A stretch of DNA of 64,000 nt from Polyangiaceae bacterium. Its GTDB lineage: Bacteria; Myxococcota_A; Polyangia; Polyangiales; Polyangiaceae. The translations under genes and the position numbers were made by a program. The stretch is from the NCBI GenBank assembly GCA_041940405.1, contig JBGTSH010000002.1, positions 14,068 to 78,067 on the forward strand, written 5' to 3'. Position 1 is the first letter of the stretch; each line of letters starts with the position of its first letter. Below are positions 9,131 to 17,742 of this stretch, one piece after another. The notes beneath the pieces were generated by a model. The model was not told the DNA's origin, did no database searches, and saw only the letters and a program-made list of their open reading frames with translations.

Positions 9131-11191
9131 ATGAATGGTCGCGAGAGAATGATCTCGTCCACAGGTCTGCGAGAGACCGCAGAAGCATCGATTGGCGCGC
9201 GCAAGTCGGGCGTCGGGCTCCGAAACAGCAAGCTGCAGCACGAGCTCGAAGTGCATCAGGTCGAGCTCGAGATGCAGAACGAGGAGCTTCGTCGGACGCA
9301 GGCCGAGCTCGAAGAGAGCCGCGACCTCTACTATGAGCTCTTCGATCTCGCCCCGGTTCCCTACGTCACGCTGGATGCGACCGGGCGAATCGTCGAGTGC
9401 AACCTCACGACGGCCGGTCTTCTTGGCGTAACCAGGGGTCGGCTGCTCGGACGACCGCTCTCGGCGTTCCTACCGTTGCCCGAGGCCGATCGACTGCACC
9501 GGTTCTTGAAGCGCGTGCTTGCGTCGACCGAGAAGCAGAGCGAGGACTTCGAGATTCATACCCTCGACGCGCGGGTCGTTCGAGCGCACATCGAAGCGAT
9601 TGGTGTGCCGGCGCGACCCAACCGGCCGTTCACGTGCCGCTGCGTGATCGTCGATCTCTCTGCGCTACGCGAAGCTCAGGATCGGCTTCGCGAGAGCGAG
9701 GAGAGGTTCGTCCAGTTCGCCGAGTCGGTCGACGACGTCTTCTACGTGCGCGAGCGCGACGGCCGCTTCTCTTATGTGAGCCCGCCGTTCGAACGCACCT
9801 TTGGCGTCGCCGCCGACGCCCTCTACGAGTCTCGGTCCGGATGGCTCGCCTCCGTCGATCCGAACGATCGCGAGCAGCTGCGCGCCGCCGAGGCGACGCT
9901 GCTCTCCGACGCCAAGTCTTTCGACGTGAGCTACCGGATCCGCCGTCGCGATGAGGTGCGGTTCGTTCGGCACCGCGCGTACCCGGTGCTCGATCGAGAC
10001 GGCAAGGTCGCTCGTACCGTCGGCATCGTGCACGACGTGACACTAGAGCGCGAGCTCGAGGAACAGCTCCGTCATGCTCACAAGATGGAAGCGATCGGTA
10101 CGCTGGCGACCGGCGTGGCGCACGACTTCAACAACGTGCTGCAGAGCATCATCGGGCTCGGCTGGATGGCCCTGAAGAAGGACGCCAGACCGAGCGAGGT
10201 CCGCGAGCACGTCGAGGCCGTCGTTCGAACGGCCCGGCGCGGAGGGGCGGTGGCGAGCCGGCTGACGTCGTTCGCGCGACGCGGAAAGACCGTCGGCTGC
10301 TTCCAGGAGGTCGATGCGATGGTGCAAGAGGTGGCGGGCCTCTTGACGCACCTGCTGACGGAGGACGTGAACGTCGAGCTCTTGCTCGACGCCGCGGGCG
10401 CCGTGGCGAAGACGGACGCTGCACAGCTCGAACAGATCCTGATGAACCTCGCTGCCAACGCGAGAGACGCGATGCCGCACGGGGGAAAGCTCGTCATTCG
10501 CACCTCGGTAGAAGGCGATCGCGTCCGGCTCGAGGTCAGTGATACAGGCTGCGGAATGGATGCCGCGACGCGTGCGCGGATCTTCGAGCCGTTCTTCACT
10601 ACGAAGACGGCGGGCAGAGGGACGGGCCTGGGGCTCGCGTCCGTCCAAGCGGTCGTCCAGCAGCATGGTGGCTCCGTGCGCGTCGAGAGCGAGCCGGGCA
10701 AGGGAACCACCGTCGTCCTCGACCTTCCGATGGCCGACGGCGGCGACGCCCCGGATGCTCCGGCGCCCACGCTGGAGCTCATGATCGGCAAGGTGCTCCT
10801 CGTCGAGGACCAGCCCGTCGTTCGCATGACCATTCGGCAGTACCTCGAGGAGCTGGGGCTCGAGGTCATCGAAGCCTCCAACGGCGAAGAAGGCCGCCGG
10901 CGCTTCTCCGAGGCAAAAGGATCGATCCGGCTGCTCATCACCGATGTGGTGATGCCCGGCATGTTGGGGACGGTCCTCGCGGGGCTGCTTCAAGCCAGCT
11001 CGCCGTCGTTGCGGGTCCTCTTCATGACCGCCAATCCCCAGAGCATCGTCGCCGAACGATCGCTCACCAATCGGGGCTTCCTGCGCAAGCCGTTCAACAA
11101 GCAGGACCTCGCCGCGGTCCTCGGCGAGCTCCTCGACCGAGATTCCGCCGATCCGCCCGTGCTGCACGGCTCGCCTCAGGTCATGGCCTGA
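9131..11191 (+). CDS. hybrid sensor histidine kinase (coiled coil, two PAS, HisKA, HATPase, REC)
   Basis: LQHELEVHQVELEMQNEELRR leader typical of PAS S-box kinases, H-box GVAHDFNN, N/G boxes (NLAANARDAM, DTGCGMD, GTGLGLA), and a C-terminal receiver (LLVEDQP..ITDVVMPG..KPF). The start was trimmed to ATG 9131. Confidence 0.9.
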   Translation: MNGRERMISSTGLRETAEASIGARKSGVGLRNSKLQHELEVHQVELEMQNEELRRTQAELEESRDLYYELFDLAPVPYVTLDATGRIVECNLTTAGLLGVTRGRLLGRPLSAFLPLPEADRLHRFLKRVLASTEKQSEDFEIHTLDARVVRAHIEAIGVPARPNRPFTCRCVIVDLSALREAQDRLRESEERFVQFAESVDDVFYVRERDGRFSYVSPPFERTFGVAADALYESRSGWLASVDPNDREQLRAAEATLLSDAKSFDVSYRIRRRDEVRFVRHRAYPVLDRDGKVARTVGIVHDVTLERELEEQLRHAHKMEAIGTLATGVAHDFNNVLQSIIGLGWMALKKDARPSEVREHVEAVVRTARRGGAVASRLTSFARRGKTVGCFQEVDAMVQEVAGLLTHLLTEDVNVELLLDAAGAVAKTDAAQLEQILMNLAANARDAMPHGGKLVIRTSVEGDRVRLEVSDTGCGMDAATRARIFEPFFTTKTAGRGTGLGLASVQAVVQQHGGSVRVESEPGKGTTVVLDLPMADGGDAPDAPAPTLELMIGKVLLVEDQPVVRMTIRQYLEELGLEVIEASNGEEGRRRFSEAKGSIRLLITDVVMPGMLGTVLAGLLQASSPSLRVLFMTANPQSIVAERSLTNRGFLRKPFNKQDLAAVLGELLDRDSADPPVLHGSPQVMA

Positions 11192-11271
11192 AGGGCTCCC
11201 CGAGAGTACGACGGCGATTGCGCCTTCGTGAACGTCGTGTGCGAGCGATCGAAAGAGATGATCGGTCGCCA

Positions 11272-11823
11272 TCAGGCCGGCGCGGAGCGCAGCCTTCGAG
11301 GGGTACGGCGGGCGACCGAGGGATTCTCCGCGAACCAGATCAACTCGTCAGCGGCGCGCTCGACGAGCGGCTCGCGCTTCTCCAGCCAAGCGGAGCACCA
11401 CGCTGCGAGCACGTGCCGTCCGGCAGCCAGCGCCACGTACTCGACGAGCCGGACGAGGTCCACGCCGTGGCGCATCCCGAGGAGGGTCGCTCGATACGAG
11501 CGCTCGCGATCGACGATGCGATCGAGGATCGTCGCTCTGAGCTGGGATAGACCGGCACCGACCGTTTGGCCGAGGACCTTGCTCCACGGTCGCGCGCGGA
11601 GCTCCCCTGCCTTGGTCATCGCTTCGAGCTCGGCAAGCGCATAGCGAGCGTGGCCGGCCACTTCGCGGAGCGCCAGCGCCGGGGGCGCGTCGGCGTAGCG
11701 CTTCGCTTCCCGCGCGCAGTGGAGGGTCGCCGACCGTTCGGTTTGGAAGAGCTCGCCGACGAGATCCGCCAGAAGAGCATCCATCGCGGGTACTTGAGAA
11801 CCATGCCTGATCGAAGTGTTCAT
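11272..11823 (-). CDS. hypothetical protein (helical, about 183 aa)
   Basis: Protein-like composition with high third-position GC. It lies on the opposite strand between the two paralogous kinases. No motif recognised. Confidence 0.55.
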   Translation of the reverse strand: MNTSIRHGSQVPAMDALLADLVGELFQTERSATLHCAREAKRYADAPPALALREVAGHARYALAELEAMTKAGELRARPWSKVLGQTVGAGLSQLRATILDRIVDRERSYRATLLGMRHGVDLVRLVEYVALAAGRHVLAAWCSAWLEKREPLVERAADELIWFAENPSVARRTPRRLRSAPA

Positions 11824-11957
11824 GATCGATGATCCTCTCCTGGGGGAACGTCGAAGCGCTCATGGAGCATCAGCAAGTTCACTGCCATGTCGGTAGCCGT
11901 TCCGTGGCTCACTCGAGGCGAAATGCCTCGGCAAACGGCGCTTGATGAGGCGGTCGC

Positions 11958-11973
11958 ACCGGTCTAGACCGGT
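11958..11973. promoter_or_regulatory. perfect 16-bp palindrome ACCGGTCTAGACCGGT in a divergent intergenic region (candidate operator)
   Basis: Read directly from the sequence. It sits 64 nt upstream of the GTG start of the second hybrid kinase and 135 nt upstream of the divergent gene. Confidence 0.35.
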
Positions 11974-12036
11974 AGGTCTCGCGAACGTTCGGGGTCCAAC
12001 GAATCGGAGGGCCGACGGCCAGAGAGGAGCGCGGCA

Positions 12037-14091
12037 GTGGGGGTAGTGAAGTCTCGTGCGAGGACGATTTCGGCGACCGAGCTTCGACGGACGGCCGAGG
12101 CCGCAGTACCGCGCCACAAGACCGCTCCCGGTTTGGGTCCCGCCGAGCTCCACCATGAGCTCGAGGTGCACCGCGTCGAGCTCGAGATGCAGAACGACGA
12201 GCTTCGACGCGCTCACCTGGAGCTCGAAGAGAGCCGGGATCGCTATTACGAGCTCTACGATCTCGCCCCGGTCGCCTACGTGACGCTCGACTCTGTGGGG
12301 CGGATCGTCGAGACCAACCTGACGACCGCGCAGCTCCTCGGCGTCGGCCGCGCAAGGCTCGTCGGACGTCCACTCTCGACCTACCTCTTTCCGGATGAAG
12401 CCGATCGCTATCACCGGTTCTTGATGAATGTGACGCGGTCGACGGAGAAGCAAAGCGACGATTTCGATCTGCAGGCCGCCTCCGGCCGGATCATCAGGGC
12501 CCACATCGAGGCGGTCGCGGTGCCGGCACAAGGGCGCCGCGGGCTGACCTGCCGGTGCGTGATCATCGATCTGTCGGCGCTCCGGCAGGCGGAGCGTAGG
12601 CTCCACGAGAGCGAGGAGCGCTTTCGCCAGATCGCCGACGCGATCGACGACGTCTTCTATGTCCGCGAGCGCGACGGAAAATTCTCGTACTTGAGCCCGG
12701 CCTTCGAGGACATGTTCCGCGCGTCGGCCGACACCGTCCTCCAGACGGGCTCGGGGTGGATGAGCATGATCGACCGTGAGGATCGAGCGCGGCTCATGCG
12801 CGCCGAAGCGAGGCTTCTCGCCGAGGGTCGCATGTTCGACGTGGGCTACCGGGTCTCACGCCAGGGCTCCGTCAGGTTCCTGCGCCATCGTGCGTATCCC
12901 GTGCTCGACCGTGAGGGCGAGGTGCTGAAGACGGTTGGTGTGGTGCACGACGCGACCATCGAGCGTGAGCTCGAAGAGCAACTCCGCCAGGCGCAAAAGA
13001 TGGAGGCCATCGGATCGCTCGCGAGCGGGGTGGCGCACGACTTCAACAACGTGCTTCAGGCGGTGCTCGGGCTCGCGACGATGGCGCTGGCCGAGGATTC
13101 GACGCCCAGCGATGTGCGCGAATACGTCAGCCGGATCGTGCGCGCCGCTAGGCGGGGCGGAGCGGTCGCCGGCAGGCTGATGTCGTTCGCTCGCCGCGAC
13201 GCCGCGGCGAGCAACGCGCACGAGCTCGACGCAATGGTCCGAGAGGTCGTCGGGCTTCTGACGCATCTCCTCACCGAGAACGTCACCCTCGAGGTCGACC
13301 TACGAGCTCCGGACGCGTTCGTACTCGCGGAGACGTCACAGCTCGAACAGATCCTGATGAACCTCGGCGCGAACGCACGAGACGCCATGCCCCAAGGGGG
13401 CAAGCTGCGCATCGAGACGTCGATCGTTTCCAGTAGCGAGCTTCGGGGCGTTCGCGAGGCCGAGCGCTACGTGCGTATGCGCGTGACCGATACCGGTGCA
13501 GGGATCGACGAGGCGACGCTGCGGCGGATCTTCGAGCCGTTCTTCACCACGAAGAGCGTCGGGCGCGGAACCGGCCTGGGGCTGGCGTCCGTGCTGGCGC
13601 TCACGCGACAGATGGGCGGGGACGTCCAGGCTGACAGCGAGATCGGTCGAGGCACCACGTTCACCTTCGAGTTCCCGGCGTGCGACGTCGCGCCGGCCGT
13701 GGTGCCCGAGCGTCCAAGTCGGCCGGGTGTGCTGGGCGGTAAGGCGCTCCTCGTCGAGGACGAGCCTGCCATTCGGATGGCCGTCCACAAGTATCTCGAG
13801 GAGCTCGGCCTCGAGGTGGTCGAGGCGGCGAACGGCGAGGAAGCGCAGCGTCGGTTCGTCGATTCGCAGGGAGCGTTTCGGCTACTCGTCACCGACATCG
13901 TCATGCCCGGGATGATGGGCACGGTGCTGGCCAACCAGCTCCAGGAGCGCCGGCCGGACCTGAGAGTCCTGTTCATCACTGCCAATCCTCAGGGCATCAT
14001 GGCCGAGCGGAGCGCCCCCGGGAGAGCGCTCTTGCGTAAGCCGTTCACCAAGGACGACCTGGCCTCGAAGCTCGGCGAGCTCGTCAGCTGA
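12037..14091 (+). CDS. hybrid sensor histidine kinase, paralog of 9131..11191
   Basis: Collinear with the first kinase: LHHELEVHRVELEMQNDELRR, GVAHDFNN, NLGANARDAM, DTGAGID, GTGLGLA and a receiver (LLVEDEP..VTDIVMPG..KPF). GTG start preceded by AGAGAGGAG. Confidence 0.9.
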   Translation: MGVVKSRARTISATELRRTAEAAVPRHKTAPGLGPAELHHELEVHRVELEMQNDELRRAHLELEESRDRYYELYDLAPVAYVTLDSVGRIVETNLTTAQLLGVGRARLVGRPLSTYLFPDEADRYHRFLMNVTRSTEKQSDDFDLQAASGRIIRAHIEAVAVPAQGRRGLTCRCVIIDLSALRQAERRLHESEERFRQIADAIDDVFYVRERDGKFSYLSPAFEDMFRASADTVLQTGSGWMSMIDREDRARLMRAEARLLAEGRMFDVGYRVSRQGSVRFLRHRAYPVLDREGEVLKTVGVVHDATIERELEEQLRQAQKMEAIGSLASGVAHDFNNVLQAVLGLATMALAEDSTPSDVREYVSRIVRAARRGGAVAGRLMSFARRDAAASNAHELDAMVREVVGLLTHLLTENVTLEVDLRAPDAFVLAETSQLEQILMNLGANARDAMPQGGKLRIETSIVSSSELRGVREAERYVRMRVTDTGAGIDEATLRRIFEPFFTTKSVGRGTGLGLASVLALTRQMGGDVQADSEIGRGTTFTFEFPACDVAPAVVPERPSRPGVLGGKALLVEDEPAIRMAVHKYLEELGLEVVEAANGEEAQRRFVDSQGAFRLLVTDIVMPGMMGTVLANQLQERRPDLRVLFITANPQGIMAERSAPGRALLRKPFTKDDLASKLGELVS

Positions 14092-14097
14092 GGCGCC

Positions 14098-14574
14098 TCA
14101 GTTCTCGACGTCCTCCGACGCCGTGTCGCTGCCCGACTCCCGCAGCGCGACGACATACTGGGTGACCGCGTCGACGTCGTCGTCCGAGACCGCCGCGTGC
14201 CCTCGCAGCTAGGATGCCTTGCCGCGACCGGGCGTCCCGCGGGACGACCCCGGCCGCTGTCTGTCGAGGCGCCGAAACGTTCCCGAGACTGGCACGGACC
14301 GTTCGGGGGGGCGCGGATCGACGCCGGCGCGTTCGCAAGCGCCGCACCAGAGCGCGCACAAGAAGCGAGCCTTGAGCGGCTCGCCGACGAACCAGAAGTC
14401 GGCTCGATGAGGACGCCGCACCGGCCGGAACCAGAGCTCCGCGCTGGTAGCCGGGTCGATGGTTCGCCAGACGCCCCCATCCGCGAACAGCTTGAAGACG
14501 GCGCCGTCGAACGTGATCTCTCGGCGGCTCACGTCGGCGCCGCTTACGACGTCATCCGCGGTGGCCATGCTCAT
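14098..14574 (-). pseudogene. small ORF interrupted by an in-frame TAG (121 codons, TAG, then 36 codons)
   Basis: High third-position GC continues in the same frame across the TAG at 14209..14211 to a TGA at 14098..14100. The downstream peptide reads LRGHAAVSDDDVDAVTQYVVALRESG... Confidence 0.4.
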
Positions 14575-14672
14575 GCCTCGCCCCGGAGGCTCGCGAGCTC
14601 AAGACGCACCGGACCGGTTATCCGTCGATTTAATGGGGGCTCCAAGGATCCGTGTCGATCGTTCAGCCGTCC

Positions 14673-15197
14673 CTATGCAGTTGCTCCGCGAGGCTCGGAG
14701 GATGCCGGGTGCCCCCGCCTCGTGGGCGTGTCGATTTCCCCTCGCGCCGAGCGGATGAGGCCCCATCCGAGCGCGAGCAGCATCAAGCCCGACGCCAGAA
14801 AGCCCAGATCCCACGCGAGCTGGTTCTCTCCGGGGTGCACGTGATGGATCCCGAGGATGTGGTGATCGATGAGCCCTTCGATGAGGTTGAAGGCGCCGAA
14901 GCCGACCGCGATGCCGCCGACGAACGACTTCGTCGACCACGGCACATCCTGACGTTGCCCGGCGCGCCACAAGAGGGCCACCCCGGCCACCGTGGTCACC
15001 CAGGTGAACGCGTGGAAGAGCCCATCCCAAACCATGTTCACCTTCATCGAGACCAGATCCGTCGGAGGACGCACGCTCGACAGCATGTTGTGCCACTGGA
15101 GGATCTGATGAAGCAGAATGCCGTCGAGAAACCCGCCCAGTCCGGCACCGAGCAGGACTCCGGGGGCGATGATCGCGCCGTGATGAGCGTTCTTCAT
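14673..15197 (-). CDS. DUF2243-like integral membrane protein
   Basis: GFLDGILLHQILQWHNM and HHILGIHHV motifs with 4 TM-like segments. The start was trimmed to ATG 15197, preceded by GAGGAAG. Confidence 0.8.
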   Translation of the reverse strand: MKNAHHGAIIAPGVLLGAGLGGFLDGILLHQILQWHNMLSSVRPPTDLVSMKVNMVWDGLFHAFTWVTTVAGVALLWRAGQRQDVPWSTKSFVGGIAVGFGAFNLIEGLIDHHILGIHHVHPGENQLAWDLGFLASGLMLLALGWGLIRSARGEIDTPTRRGHPASSEPRGATA

Positions 15198-15394
15198 TGC
15201 TTCCTCGTGTCGGGGCTCGATCCAACCCGGCCGATCCGATGCGAGGCTGTCGCGATCAACGCGATGGCCACGAACGGGGTGATGGAAACGAGCAACCACG
15301 TGAAGGGCTCGCTTCGCAGCACTTCCGCCCAAGCTTCAACTTGCGTCGGGCAGTCGGGGCACCCCGCGAACAGTCGTTCCAATTCGTGATGCAT
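15194..15394 (-). CDS. small membrane protein (66 aa, CPDC motif plus one TM), translationally coupled to the DUF2243 gene
   Basis: MHHELERLFAGCPDCPTQVEAW..FTWLLVSITPFVAIALIATA. Its TGA overlaps the downstream ATG (ATGA at 15194..15197). Confidence 0.55.
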   Translation of the reverse strand: MHHELERLFAGCPDCPTQVEAWAEVLRSEPFTWLLVSITPFVAIALIATASHRIGRVGSSPDTRKQ

Positions 15395-15655
15395 GGGGGC
15401 CGGGGCGCTTTCATGCACGGCGCAAGCCCAACGACGTTTCGATCCGCGAGCCTCTCCTTCACGAGGCCTCGCGTTCTCGTTCCGCGCCCGGTCGCGCCTC
15501 ACCTTCGACGTTCCGCCCCACCTCAAGGCAGAGCACCACTTGCTTTGGGATCCGCCAACCTGCGGTTTGCCGTCCACCGGCCTCGACGACGATCCCGCGG
15601 AGCTGGGGCGCGCGCGTTGCAGAAGATCCGCAGCGTCACTCACAGCGAGGCCAAG

Positions 15656-16846
15656 ATGGCGATCGACATTTTCAAAGAACGGGGCATCCCCCTCGACAAG
15701 CAGCGAATGAGCTGGCGCGAGATCGTCGGCCAGCCCATCAGCAAGCTGGACAACGATGCGTTCACCCGCGTGCGGGTCATTCTCATGAACGGCATCGAGC
15801 AGCACATGAACCGCTTCCTCCACGCGATGGCGCGGGTGCGAGCGGACCTACAACTGCCGCTCGCTCGAGTCCGGCGCATCGACCACCACCAGCAGACCGC
15901 GGTGAACTGGCTCCTGGGCGCGGATCACGATCCCCTCGAGACGACCATCGCGTTCGAGCAGGTCGCGATCGAGGTTACCGCCGCGGTCGCCAAGAGGGAG
16001 CCCGACCCCTACCTGGCCCAGGTGCACCGGTTCGGACTGCTCGAGGACTTCGATCACATGTACCGCTTCTCGGCGCTCATGGATCGGCTCCAGGGCAAGG
16101 ACGCGAACAACATCCTGCAGAGCTACACGGACGTCATTCCAGGGCGCCCGACGATCATCGAGCACCGCGATCCTGCCGACGACCTTCGTGCACCGTACGA
16201 CAGGAACAAAGCGGACCCGCTCTCGAAGCTGCACGCCATCACGATCCTCGCGGGCGAGAACCAGACCCGCGACTACTACATGACCATCGGGCCGATGTTC
16301 GCGGACCCCTTGGCGAGGCAGCTCTATGCGGAGATCGCCTCCATCGAAGAGCAGCACGTCACCCAGTACGAGTCGATCATCGACCCCAACGAGACGTGGC
16401 TCGAGAAGTGGGTCATGCACGAGCTATGCGAGGTCTACAACTACTACAGCTGCGCCGAGACCGAAGGCGACCCGCGCGTGAAGAAGCTCTGGGAGACGTT
16501 CTGTCAGTTCGAGCTCGGTCAGCTCCATTTCGTGATGGATCTGTTTCAAAGGCTCGAAGATCGAGATCCGGCCGAGCTCGTTCCGGCGAAGCTCCCGGAT
16601 CCGCTTCCCTATACGTCGCAGCGCGACTTCGTCCGTGAGACCCTCGAGGCCGAGGTCGACTATCGAGCAGTCGGAGCGACCATCGGCGCCGTTCCCGATT
16701 CGCCGGAGACGCTCGCTTATCGGCGAGCCGTCCACAAAGACGGCGTGCCCAGCGAGCTCGTCGCCACCGGCTATCGTTTCAGTGCCGGAACCGAGCTCCT
16801 GCTGCAGACGGAAGAAACCTTCGAGGAAGCGGAGGCTCGGTCATGA
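15656..16846 (+). CDS. ferritin-like/rubrerythrin-like superfamily protein (396 aa)
   Basis: Helical protein with E..H type pairs (EQVAIEV, EDFDHMY, SIEEQHV, HELCEVY). The start was trimmed to ATG 15656 (MAIDIFKERG). Confidence 0.75.
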   Translation: MAIDIFKERGIPLDKQRMSWREIVGQPISKLDNDAFTRVRVILMNGIEQHMNRFLHAMARVRADLQLPLARVRRIDHHQQTAVNWLLGADHDPLETTIAFEQVAIEVTAAVAKREPDPYLAQVHRFGLLEDFDHMYRFSALMDRLQGKDANNILQSYTDVIPGRPTIIEHRDPADDLRAPYDRNKADPLSKLHAITILAGENQTRDYYMTIGPMFADPLARQLYAEIASIEEQHVTQYESIIDPNETWLEKWVMHELCEVYNYYSCAETEGDPRVKKLWETFCQFELGQLHFVMDLFQRLEDRDPAELVPAKLPDPLPYTSQRDFVRETLEAEVDYRAVGATIGAVPDSPETLAYRRAVHKDGVPSELVATGYRFSAGTELLLQTEETFEEAEARS

Positions 16847-17622
16847 AAGCTACCGTTCGCGAAAGGCCCGAAGATGTCGGCAAGGGCAGCTTGCTCAATC
16901 GCACGGGTGTCATGGCCTCGCCCACGGATGCATCGGCCCAGGCCGTTGCTGCTCTCGAGATCGAGGTCGAGCTGCCCGATGGCGAGAGCTTCCTCGAGGT
17001 TCGGGCCGAGTACGAGGCAGACGCGCGGCCTGTAGGCACCGTTCCGCCGCCGAGCAAGCTTCCGGAAATGGAAGGCAACCGGCTAGGCGAAGGGATCAGC
17101 GTGCCGGCTCTGATCGATAGGGTCGGCGAACGGCTGGCGTTCGAGCGCAGCGGTGTCCGGCTCTACCAAGGCCTGATCGGCAAGCTCGCGACGCGCGGCG
17201 GCTTCGACGGCGGTCCCAACCAGGAGCAGCTCGAGCACTTCATGGAGGAGGAGCTCGAGCACTTTCAGATGCTCTCTACCGCGATCGCGATGCTCGGCGG
17301 CGATCCCACCGCGATGACCCCCAGCGCCGACGTCGGCTCGGTCGCGACCAGTGGCCTCGTGCAAGTCATCTCGGACCCCCGCAGCACCCTGCCAGAAGCG
17401 CTTCACGCGATTCTGATTGCGGAGCTCGCCGACAACGACGGCTGGGACCTGCTCATCCAGATGACGCGTGCTGCCGGAAATCAGGCACTGTCGGACGCGT
17501 TCGCGAAGGCGAAGAGCCAGGAGGACGACCACCTCGATCAGGTCCGCGATTGGCTGAGCGCCTATGGCGGCTTGATCATTCGCGGTGAGGACGTGGAAAA
17601 GCACCGAGCTCCGATCCATTGA
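16843..17622 (+). CDS. ferritin-like domain protein (259 aa)
   Basis: ERLAFERSG, EELEHFQML, IAELADNDGW and SQEDDHLDQV helices. ATGA overlap with the upstream gene. Confidence 0.75.
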   Translation: MKATVRERPEDVGKGSLLNRTGVMASPTDASAQAVAALEIEVELPDGESFLEVRAEYEADARPVGTVPPPSKLPEMEGNRLGEGISVPALIDRVGERLAFERSGVRLYQGLIGKLATRGGFDGGPNQEQLEHFMEEELEHFQMLSTAIAMLGGDPTAMTPSADVGSVATSGLVQVISDPRSTLPEALHAILIAELADNDGWDLLIQMTRAAGNQALSDAFAKAKSQEDDHLDQVRDWLSAYGGLIIRGEDVEKHRAPIH

Positions 17623-17643
17623 TCGAACGGTGACCCCGCGACC

Positions 17644-17671
17644 ATCGACGCCGAGCGGGCTCGGCGTCGAT
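17644..17671. terminator. 12-bp-stem hairpin between convergent genes (possible bidirectional terminator)
   Basis: ATCGACGCCGAG-cggg-CTCGGCGTCGAT read directly. There is no U-tract. Confidence 0.45.
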
Positions 17672-17742
17672 CTGCATACGATCGCCACGTGCAGCGAGTC
17701 GCTGGCAGACGCGGCTGGATGGGCGAGGCCGAGGGCTTTGAG

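Noticed and set aside
14284-14300. Sigma-54-like TGGCAC element (TGGCACGGACCGTTCG)
   Set aside because: The downstream element is GTTC rather than TTGC at the required spacing, and the site lies inside a coding-like frame with no gene downstream on that strand.
14098-14574. Calling the TAG-interrupted ORF a c-type cytochrome
   Set aside because: Only the C-terminal helix-like tail resembles cytochrome c. There is no CxxCH motif (the sequence reads CGACE) and no signal peptide, so the family assignment is unsupported.
15656-17622. Ferritin-like pair as encapsulin cargo
   Set aside because: No HK97-fold encapsulin shell gene is present in the window, and neither protein ends in a recognisable cargo-loading peptide.
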